A DNA stretch of 64,000 nt from Selaginella moellendorffii. Taxonomy: Eukaryota > Plantae > Lycopodiophyta. Positions 14,226 through 24,422 of the stretch are shown piece after piece (position 1 is the first letter of the stretch; every line of letters begins with the position of its first letter). Under the pieces are notes generated by a model. It saw only the letters and a program-made list of their open reading frames with translations. It did not search any database and was not told where the DNA came from. Location of the stretch: contig NW_003314299.1 of NCBI RefSeq assembly GCF_000143415.4, positions 976,063 through 1,040,062 of the forward strand, written 5' to 3'. A program made the translations under genes and the position numbers.

Positions 14226-15360
14226 CTCTCTCCCCCTTGGGGAAGATCGACGTCCTCATCGATGCATATTCGAGTTTAGCAAACCATCAAGGAAACAACT
14301 CCGAAAGTTAATGGAAAGCACACTATGTAGGAAACACACCGACTTAAATGAGTTATAAAACGACTTCTCCTCTACGTCCAAAGACATTAAGACTCAGACA
14401 CCCTCCGGCCGTCACTGACAAGGAAATGACTAACGGAGTTAGCCACCCTTGCTGCTCCGAGTACCACTTGGCTTACAAAGGAATGATACATCCCTGCCCG
14501 CAGGAACATAGGGAGAAGGCTAGAGGCCCACCTTCCCCTGAGCAAGAAATCAACCCTATTGGGAAGATTTAGACAACTATTATAAATTGGCAGATGAAGT
14601 TGTTTACACGACCACGCCCTTTTTCAAAAATGAGTCATCAAGAGAGAGGCGGGGACTTGTGATCAATCTATAATAGTGATCCCCATGGTTATAGATTGGA
14701 CCCATTCACTGAAGTGCTGAAGTAAGTTTGCCAAAACTGACCCAAGTACTAACGAACAAGAGAAATGACACTTTGATTTATAGAAATATATTACTTTATT
14801 AATTTTAAGATTTATTACAAGATTTACAAAAGCTAATCTTTATTATGATTCTCATACTCCGTGACAAACTTACGAGCATGTGTAAGATTCCTAAGAGGCT
14901 CCCAAGTTGATTCACAAAATGGGTAACCTTTCCACTTAATTAGATACTCTCGATGTTTGGCATGTTTAAGCTAATGTGTACCCAAAATAGCTTCCACTTC
15001 ATATTTTGGTTCACCATCCACAACGTCTGGTGGTGGACAAATCTCCACTTAACATGCATCATCCATAGTGTAAGGAGCCAAGAGATTGGCATGAAATACA
15101 TTATGAACATTGGACATCTCCGCAGGAAGATCCAACTGATACAATACATTACCAATACGCCTTAACACCCAATAGAGTTCAATATATCTCGGTAACAACT
15201 TTCGAGATAAAGATCCCTTAACACTCAAGTTCTAGGAAGATAGCCACACTTGATCTCCCACTTGATAGGATACATCCCAACGATATTGATCCTTATCACG
15301 TCGATACCTATCCTGAGCTTTGCCCATCGCCTCAGTAGCTCTAGACCAACCTTGGCATAG

Positions 15361-16146
15361 CTACTTCGCATAAGTCTTAATGGCCGGGAACAACACTTTG
15401 GATATTGGTTTCGGTACAACAATCTGTTGAGGCACCCCTCGAGCATTCCCTTGCAGCATCTCCCATAGAGAGCAGCCAATCATGCTGTGAAATGTGTTGT
15501 TATAACAAAATTCTGCTGTGTCTAAATGCTCAACCCAATTGCGTTGGTTCGCCGTGACATAGTACTGCAGATAATCCTCAACTTGAGCATTCACGTGTTC
15601 TGTCTGCCCATCAGTCTGAGGATGATAAGCTGTACTAAACTTCAACTTAGTACCGAACAACTGGAATAGTGTGCCCCAAAACTTCCCCATAAACCTCGAA
15701 TCTCTATTTGAGATCATCTCTTCGAGAAGATCACGAACCCGCACTACTTCATGGAAAAAGAGCTTTGCTGCTTGCTTCACATTCACTATTTCCACAGTTG
15801 GAATCAAGTGTGCAATTTTTGACAACCGATCCACAACCACCATCAAAGTATCATAACTCTTAGACTTCGGCAAGCAAGTGCCAAAATCAAGTGTCACACT
15901 TTGAAATGGCCATGCCGGTGCTAGAATGCATTGCAATTTTCCAGCTTGCTTCTCATTTTTGCACTTACATTGCTGACATATAGGGCAGGAACGGACATAG
16001 TCCGCTACATCACCTTCCATACCAGACCAAAAAAATCCCTTTTTCAATGAAGCTAGGGTATTTCGCTTCCTACCATGTCTTGCTGCTGAAACATCATGAT
16101 GTTCCCACAGAAACAACTGTTGTAGATCCTTAGAGGGAAGATACAA
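15361..16146 (-). pseudogene. gypsy integrase (zinc finger + core)
   Basis: HH..GH..W..CPICQQCK zinc finger; TLDF, VVDRLSK, SNRDSRF and HPQTDGQTE core motifs; frameshifted at the 3' end. Confidence 0.9.
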
Positions 16147-16734
16147 TCTTTCTTACTTATAGAATATAAGCCCATCCCAAACTGAGAAGTGAAGCTTCAT
16201 ATTGGTTCAACTAACTTTCACCACTTCACTACTAACGTTCTACTTTGACAACTCCGCAAAATGTAAGATTGCCTTCACCAATGGATCATTACCATACGAA
16301 GTCCAAACGTCCTCCAACCAGTCCGAACTGATTGCTGATATTGCCCGGAACTGAGACGGACGACTCAATGCATCTAGAACAATATTGTTTTTACTAGATT
16401 TATATATGATTTCAATATCATATCTAGCAAGCTTCTTTTGCTAATGAGCCTACTTCGGCGTAAGCTTAGGCTGAGTAGCAAAGTAGCTTAGTGTGTTATT
16501 ATCTGTATAAACCTTGGTATGTCTACCCAAGTAGTGTCTCCAATGTTCTAGGGCCAACACTATAGCAAACATCTCTTTCTTATGCATTGGCCATCTTTGT
16601 TGAGTTTTATCCAATTTCTTGGAATAGAATGCAATGGGATAACCATGTCGTCTTAGCGTAACACCCACTGCTTTGTCACAATCTTGCTGCAACACGGCAC
16701 TAATAACATAGCCAAATGCATCACAATGCACTTC

Positions 16735-16758
16735 ATGCTCTATTTCGTTAAAGTGGGA
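16735..16758 (+). repeat. left terminal inverted repeat
   Basis: ATGCTCTATTTCGTTAAAGTGGGA. Confidence 0.9.
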
Positions 16759-17394
16759 TTTATTCAGTAAAATGGGACTAGGTACAAATTTTCAAGTATT
16801 TGAAAATGACGTGAAATTATATGTTTTTTGTCCAGGGGCTAGACATATCTGGGGCATGGTGACTAGCGCGGTGACCTTATGTCCAGACTGAGTCCATCTA
16901 ATTGTATAATAAATCTCATTGTCAAGGTGAACAAGCCGAATCTGAAGCTAAAGAAGAGCGATGGCATGCGCGCACACACTATTTGTTTGTTCATTGAGCG
17001 TGTGGTGAGCTTTCCAAGATGAACATCATTCCTATTAGCCAGACATATAACTTAATGGTGAGAACATTTAGATATTATTCAATGTTATCTTTTTCTAACG
17101 AATCTAATTGTGAAGGTGTAGCAAGAGGCATTGCTAGTCTGGAGAAGTCATTTAACTCATTTGACCCTTAGTGTATTTTCATGAAACTAAATAACATTCA
17201 TATTATTAAGGAATTTCTCTAGTACCTTTTTTTTACGACATAGAGGCTTGCATTTCTTTCAAAGGTGATTTAGTAAAAGGCCTGAGGGCACATGCCATTC
17301 TATTTCTCAGACCGGTATTAAGATATACTAGTGCAAAGGGAAAAAGGTATTTGGTGATCAAGTAAATGGCATGAGGGCACACACCATTATAAGC

Positions 17395-17652
17395 CTAAGC
17401 GCTAGTGGACACCTCCTTTTTGGTACTCTCAGCGGTACTATCATCCTTTTCCGGGTCAATTGTTTTGCTTTGGATTGTTGTCTCTAACGTTACTGGGGCG
17501 TTCTCGATAGTTGTTAATGTTGCCGTTTGTTCAGAAAAATGATCACCTGGAGTATAGTACGGGGAGTTTGGAAGACTTATATATTCTACATCTTCACCTA
17601 TCTCCTTCTCCGTCTCCTTTTCTGCCTCACTTACAGATTTTGTGCTTGCCAT
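17395..17652 (-). CDS. small acidic/Thr-rich ORF (85 aa) inside the DNA transposon, function unknown
   Basis: ATG-initiated open frame MASTKSVSEAEKETEKEIGEDVEYISLPNSPYYTP.. lying between palindromes. No recognisable domain. Confidence 0.3.
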   Translation of the reverse strand: MASTKSVSEAEKETEKEIGEDVEYISLPNSPYYTPGDHFSEQTATLTTIENAPVTLETTIQSKTIDPEKDDSTAESTKKEVSTSA

Positions 17653-18363
17653 GAGAATGCTCTTCACCCTAAAATATGGAGTTCGTTGTGTTATAAAAGG
17701 AAACCAACACACACGCTGCAAGGGAATGATGGTACATAAAGCACGTAAGCCCACAATATGGGTTTATGTGCCATTAATATGGGCCACACGCCATATTATT
17801 AGATTTATGCACGTGTGATTGGTAAATGCATATGTCACATCATCTTTGTTTTACCTCACACACTATATCAGGCCTAATGAACCATATCACATGTGCGCAC
17901 ATGCTATATATATGGAGAAGTATTATGCAAGGATAGAAATTCAATGCATGATTGTGGAGAGCAATGGCATGAAGCCACATGCTAAATAACATTTTAGAGA
18001 AAGAATTAAAATAAAAACATGCAAACAGTACTAAGTGGACCAAGACTTAGAAGTGCACAATTGAATAAGGTATTTCTAATAAATACTTCACTCACCTCAT
18101 ATAGGAATGGCTACCACTCTCAAATGGCGTATCGCCTCATGCCATCACCTCGCAATTTGTTATAACAATCCGATGAATTCATATTCGGCTTGTTCACCTT
18201 GAACTTTAAGTAAGATTTGCTAGAACAACTAAGAATTTATACTTGTTATTTGTATCATCTCACCTAGGAATGGCGTAAGGCCACATGCCATCACGCCTCC
18301 TCTGATTCAGATTCGGATTGTTCACCTTGAAATAAAATACATTAGAAACTTAGTAAAGGAATA

Positions 18364-21300
18364 TTAATGAATCTCACCTTGAACCCGGGTTATGAATGCT
18401 CTTGCTGCATCTCTTGCATGGTCTGGCAAGGTGATGGTGGCACTCTGCTTCCGCATCCAACCATGCACAACATTATCCACCGATATGCTCATGCTGGGAT
18501 CCCTTGGATTCAGCACCCATCTCTTTTCTAGGCAATCGTTCGTATATCCGGAACTTGGCTTGAACCACTCCACAGTTACATTGAAGGAGTTAGTTTCCGC
18601 GTCCTCCTCTGCATCAGTGATGCAGCGCCCCACCCATATCATTTGTTTTTTATTACTGGGTCTGACAAGCACGACCATTCCTTTGCAGACCTGTACTGGA
18701 TTGAATGCTGAATCCGGCTTCTTGTTCCTCAGCCCACAATAGTGATCCTCAACATCGTTATCTGTCACTGCATTTCCAGAGGACATTGTTCCGCTACTAT
18801 CTGGTGCTCTGGGTTCTGGCCAAAAGGACTCTTCCAATTCTTCATATACAACCGGCCCATTTTGGATAGCAGATATAATCTTCTCCCAATATTCGAGCAA
18901 AGGCTTGCACCTCTGAAAATAGGATTCTCCACCAAACACCAACCCCCTCTTCCAGAAGGCAATATGCTGTCTAATCCCGGCCACTATACTTTCCTGGTCT
19001 TTGAGTCCATCCGGGTGCATCGGCCGTGGGGAACCCTGAGGAATCATAGGTTCCCCAGTTATGGGATCTCTCTTGAAGAGTTCAATGCCGTCCACTGGCA
19101 GCCACACTGTGTCCCATTCTCTCATCTTGTACCTCATCACTGGAGCACCGTCACACATACTGAAATGAAATTGAAGAGGCTTGGAGTGGCCAATCAGCGT
19201 TTCGGATCCGTCCCTGATGTAGCCTCTTACAAACCCCTTAAAGTTTGGAACCTCTGTCAGAAGTGCAGCTTCAACAGTGCCTTTGATGCAATTTTGGAAT
19301 TCATCGTAGAGTTGTGGGAGGGTGAGGACATTGGATCGCCGGAGGGACTCTGCCAGGTGACTGAACATGGCATCGACGTCTTCATGAGTGTGCCCAACCA
19401 TGAGAAAGCCAAGTGTAACCGTTTCAAATATGCCTTTGGCAACAAGCATCGCCAAGTACGCGAAGACGTACATGTTTTTGTTCTCACTGCCAGCATTGTT
19501 TGTTTGGAGCAGAAGATGGGGTGGAAGGCCACATCGGCCGCAAGAACTTCCTTGAGATTCTGCTTCGTTTGGATGAGGCTGTGCATTCACCGGGCGACCA
19601 GCCTCGTCGGAATGGCATGAGGCCTCACGTGATAACCCTACAATCTGACGGCCAACATATTCACTGGGATGGCATGGGGCCCCACGCGATACTGCAAGCC
19701 TTTGCTCCTCCTCCAGCTGAACCCTGTATGGGGTTCGATCGACAAGGGCCTTATGCAAGGGTTGGCCGTTCAGCTCAGTCTGCGCACTTTGCAGAGACCT
19801 TAAGTGTTTTGCTAGGGACGCAATCATCATGTTTGCACCCCCGCCACCCCATAGAGGTACAAAGAAGTTCCCATAGTTCTGGGCACCATGCCCATGAGCG
19901 ATTATGCCAAACAGAGACACAGGCAGCTGCATGGATGAAGAGATTGCCTTGGGGGCAGGATTGAGTCGAGGTAAGCACGTCTTTTTCTGGTCCATTTTGT
20001 CGTGGATGATGCAGAGGTAAGAGTCAGGTCTTTCCATGGAGAGAATCCTGTTATGATAATATGCAGTCCTGCAGCTTCTCTGCTCGATGTTGTGGTCGAG
20101 CCGCCTTCTAACCAACGTCTCTCGCTCTTGAGCGCTGCAAGAATTCTTCGACAAAGCCATTTTGATAGCAGTGCACTCGTCACACTTTGAAAAGCTGGAG
20201 TACTTTCCTATACTCACATCCCTGAACCTGTTGCTCCACAATCTACTAAATCTAGATTGGCTCAGTTTCCTGTAGCCATTACTCTGGAGTTCCCGATTCA
20301 CATCTTCCAATATGGCCCCCTTGGTATACATGGAAGGGAGAACTCGTTGGGTGTCTCAAGTTCCATCTTCCAAGAGGCGGGTTTTATGTGGTTGTTGCTC
20401 GCTACATGTCTCGACAAACCTCTTGAAGATTGCCTCTCCATATACAACATGACCCCTGGTTTTGTGAGTACTATCGTTCCCATGGACTGCCTGTTGAACC
20501 CTTTGTTCCTCGAACTCAGTTTTGATTCTGTAGAATGTGGTTCGAGGGACTCCATAAATGATTCTCCATGCCTTCATGCAGACCAAACCCCTCTGGAAGA
20601 CCATGCCCCCCACCTGATGTTCTGAAGCATCAACAGATGACTGTAATGCCTCATACACAAAATTGCGAGCTGCCTTCCAGGACAATGTCTTGTATCTTGC
20701 TCTCTCCTCTTCAATAGCATCCCAATCAGCATGTTGACAGCACCTCCTCTTGCAACAAGCAACTGTCGAGACCATTCGAACCTCCATCGCCATTTTCTGC
20801 CTTTTCGGTTCGTTGCTCAGATCCCTTTGGCTGCGCTTTAGGAAGGTGTACTTTCTTTTCCCATGAAGAGATGTTCTGTCATCAGTTGTAGTGGTGTTTG
20901 ATTGTGAATCCTTCACATTCTCAAACACTAAGTGCCTCAATTTCCACCGCACAATGCTTCCAATAGTCAGACTGTTTTCTTCTGTGTCAACAACCTCTAA
21001 AATCGCAACTCCAATATCATCCCAGCCCAATTCTTGATTAGCAACCACATCTCTTGGATCGACAACTGTGGCTAAGCCCTCAGCTACCACCTCGCCCTCG
21101 GGGTTGTTTAGAAACACTTTTGCCTGAATCCATGTAGCACGGTTCTTAAGATCCACGGAGGGAACATGCGTCGCACTTGCGCTGTCCCCAACATCTGCTT
21201 TCTTCTGAAGATTTTTCAAGGCAACAACAACATTTACCCCGACGACCATCTCTCCTCGTTCAATAGCGACCACATTCCCATCGAAGACAGTCTCTACTGA

Positions 21301-21432
21301 TACAGCAGCATTGCCTTCCCCAAGCCTTTGACAGTGTATAACAAAGTTCCGATCCATAGACACAAGGGTCCCTTTTGCAACTCTCTTCCCACCATTCAAA
21401 ATGTAAACCTTTTCCCCAACCCTGAAGGCCAT
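18364..21432 (-). pseudogene. Sola-like DDD transposase, ~1022 codons, one premature stop
   Basis: ORFs 20356-21432 and 18364-20331 are in the same frame and separated by a single TGA (20356-20358; DGT*DTQRVLPSMYTK). Core motifs: CDEC, IIHDKMDQKK, LQT(N)NAGSENKN, FLMVGHTHEDVDAMFS. Two N-terminal TNP1/En-Spm-like beta repeats (VAKGTLVS..LGEGNAAVSV; VVAEG..LGWDDIGVAI) and a C-terminal Tudor/BAH-like beta module. Confidence 0.8.
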
Positions 21433-22297
21433 TCTGAAAGTGCAGAAAAGAAGTTAAGACCATACAAAAAATGATTGGAGAATGGCCTAAATCATAACAT
21501 ACCAAACAACCTCAATAGCATGAGGCCACATGCCATTATTCAAACATGCTATTGACACCCACGTGAAATTTCGCATTCACAAAATTGGCATGAGGCCTCA
21601 TGCCATCTTGATATACACACAGCTGCAGGCAAGTAAAAACATACATGACAATACGCTAGCCATGAAATTGCAAGGGCCCAAGATGGCATGTGGCCTCATG
21701 CCATTTCTAAATGTGGTCCTAAGCCATTCCATGGTGAACATACCAGGAAGCACAAGTGCCGAATATCAAGAGGAAGCGGTAGCCACACCAAAGACAGTGC
21801 CGCTCGCAACACCGCAACTACTCGTAGCGCCGCTCGCAACACCGCAACTGCTCGTAGCGCCGCTCGCACAAACTGCCACTCGCATAAACTGCCGCTCGCA
21901 ATGGCGCTCGCAATGCCGCAACCGCTCGTAGACGCATAAACCACAGCCCACAACGCCGCTTACACAAGCAGCGCTCACTGCGCTCAGCGGAACCAAGAAC
22001 ACGGCGCACAAAAATGATAGACCTAGGAATGAGTTCGAGAATTCAAAAATAACACACGCTTGAACGTCACATCAAATCCTCTGACAAACCAGATCTTATG
22101 ATTCCTCTGGCAAATTTCAAACTGAGTAGCTTCTAGACTTTGCTGTCGGAGGTTGAACTTTGTCACATCATGTCCTTGCCTCGATCCAGCTGTGCCATGT
22201 CAGTGATTCGAACTTTGCCATGCCATGTCAGCGATCCGCGCCAAGATTATTCGCCGTGTAAAGGAATAATTATGCTGTGTGTGTACGTCCATTTATG

Positions 22298-22407
22298 GCA
22301 ATATAAGGCCACACGCCATTCAAAGAATAATGCTCGACATAAGGCCACACGCCATTCAAAGAATAATGCTCGACATAAGGCCACACGCCATTCAAAGAAT
22401 AATGCTA
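22298..22407 (+). repeat. 33-bp tandem repeat x3 (ataaggccacacgccattcaaagaataatgctcgac)
   Basis: Read directly; each unit carries a half-palindrome. Confidence 0.9.
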
Positions 22408-22799
22408 GTCGAGCATTTTTTGGTGCATTTTTGGGTTCAAAATTGCATGAGCCCACATGCTATAAAGTTTACCTGTACCAAAAATAGAAACAGCTTTATT
22501 TACTTGGGAATTTAAGTGGTTGAGGCATTTTTAAACTTACAAACACATGCCCTACTTACATTCCTTTGGTTGCCTAAAATTCAAAAATATTATAAACCTT
22601 TCTTTTTGCATTTTCAATGTTTTCAATTATGGTTTTTGATTTTCGCAGGACCAGCCTAGTAATCTATTTGCATCCCGTCATGTTTATAGCTAGCTTTCGT
22701 TTGTCCCTTTTGCTAGCCTGAGATACATCTGCTCGGCATCTGCCTCTTACAGCATTTGCCCAGAAAGGGCATCTTTCTTCACGCAGCATTTGCCACATG

Positions 22800-22825
22800 T
22801 TTAGGGTTTAGGGTTTAGGGTTTAG
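22800..22825 (+). promoter_or_regulatory. (TTTAGGG)3 telo-box/interstitial telomeric repeat in the divergent promoter region
   Basis: tttagggtttagggtttagggtttag. Confidence 0.6.
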
Positions 22826-24422
22826 CAATTCAGTAGCTTGATAAACATGCAAATACAGAACTTGATGCAAAATCCTTTGATATGTCACAATGCCCCTAGG
22901 ACCATAAACACATTTCAATAGAGAGGGTCCTTTCATTTCATAACTCCTTACGTAGATCTTGGTGAAACCAGAGTTAGTGAAGTTAGTTTCTTGTGATCCT
23001 GCATCTGATTGTGATGTCCCTTTGCAGTGTCGATGGAAAGGTCAATGCACACCAAATTGTAAAATCTTGGAGCAAAATAACGGTCGGATCTATGGCAAAT
23101 GCCCCTGAAACATTGTAAGGCTCGTGTGGTCTCATGTGGTGTCCGATCGAGATACTTCTTTGCAGGGTCATCAAGAAAGACATTGTATACCATTCTGTAA
23201 AATCTAGTTGCGATCTAACGGTTGGATCTCCAGAAAACTCAAAAAAATCTCGCGCGTGTCAGAATATCCTAGGAATATACTCCTATGTGCCCCTGAAAAT
23301 GGCATGCGGCCCCACGCCATTCAAGAGATAATGCCAGATGACGCCGAGAATTTTTTGGTGCATTTCTTGGGTTCAAAATTGCATGAGCCCACACGCTATA
23401 AAGTTTATTTTTGCCAAATAGAGAAAAGTTTATCTGTGTCATGTGAGGTAGTTACAGTCCTTTGTGCTCGGCATCTGCCTCTTGCAGCATTTGCACTGAA
23501 AAGGAATTTTTCTCCATTCAGCATTTGGCCCTGAAAATGGCATGCGCCCACACGCCATTGAAGGAATAACGCCACAGGACGCCTGGATTTTTGGGTTTAA
23601 AATGTTTAGGGTTTTTTGGGTTTTTTCAAAATATTTTGGGTCCAACGTTTTTTGGGTTTCTTTGGTTCAAAATTGCATGAGCCCACACGCTATAATATTG
23701 ATTTGAGAGAAAAATAGAAACAGATAGAATTTCTTTATTTAGCTGAACATCTGCCATTTTTGGAAATACAAGATGCTTTAGAATATCCAATCATGCATGG
23801 TATAAATATAGCGAGGGTATTAAATGATATCCCAATCATGATCTTTCTTTTGGATTTCGCGTGCATGCAATCCGAGGAATGATGACATTGCGGATTTCTT
23901 TTGGATTTTGCGTGCTTGCATGCGCGCGGCAATCCAGAAATTAATGGTGGCGCCCAAGTCCGAGGAATGATGACGTGGCGGGATTACCAACCGTTGTGAC
24001 ATTTCGCGCGTGTGAAGTTAGGTTTTGCATTTTGCTTTGTACTCGCGCTCGCACACTCGCGCTCGCGCTCGCATCACACTCGCGCTCCCGCTCGCATCGC
24101 GCTCCCACTCGCGATCACGCTCACTTCTCTACAGGTTTCTCGTGTGCATCGGCGTCCACTTGCGCTTGCATCACACTCGCGCTCGCATCGCGCTCGTGTG
24201 CATCGGCGTCCACTTCAAGACACACCCAGTTTGTAACTTCGCCGCCAACTCTGCCGCCCACTCCGCCACCCACACGCAGCCCACTTGGCGTCCCGGGAGA
24301 TTTCAGCGCCACTCTCCAACTGTAAGTGGCAGAGTAGCCTTGCTGCTACGATCCGCTGCACACACAGTGCACATTCGCCAGCGAGTCCGGCCTCGATTGT
24401 CACGGCCTCCATTCGGCTTCAA

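Noticed and set aside
18742-19964. Long plus-strand ORFs (292 aa, 154 aa)
   Set aside because: Antisense shadows of the transposase with no motifs.
21530-22011. ORFs in the CGC-rich repeats
   Set aside because: Stop-poor low-complexity repeats in a probable UTR/intron; the same applies to 23975-24429.
22800-22825. Chromosome end
   Set aside because: Only three telomeric units, internal to a TIR-bounded element.
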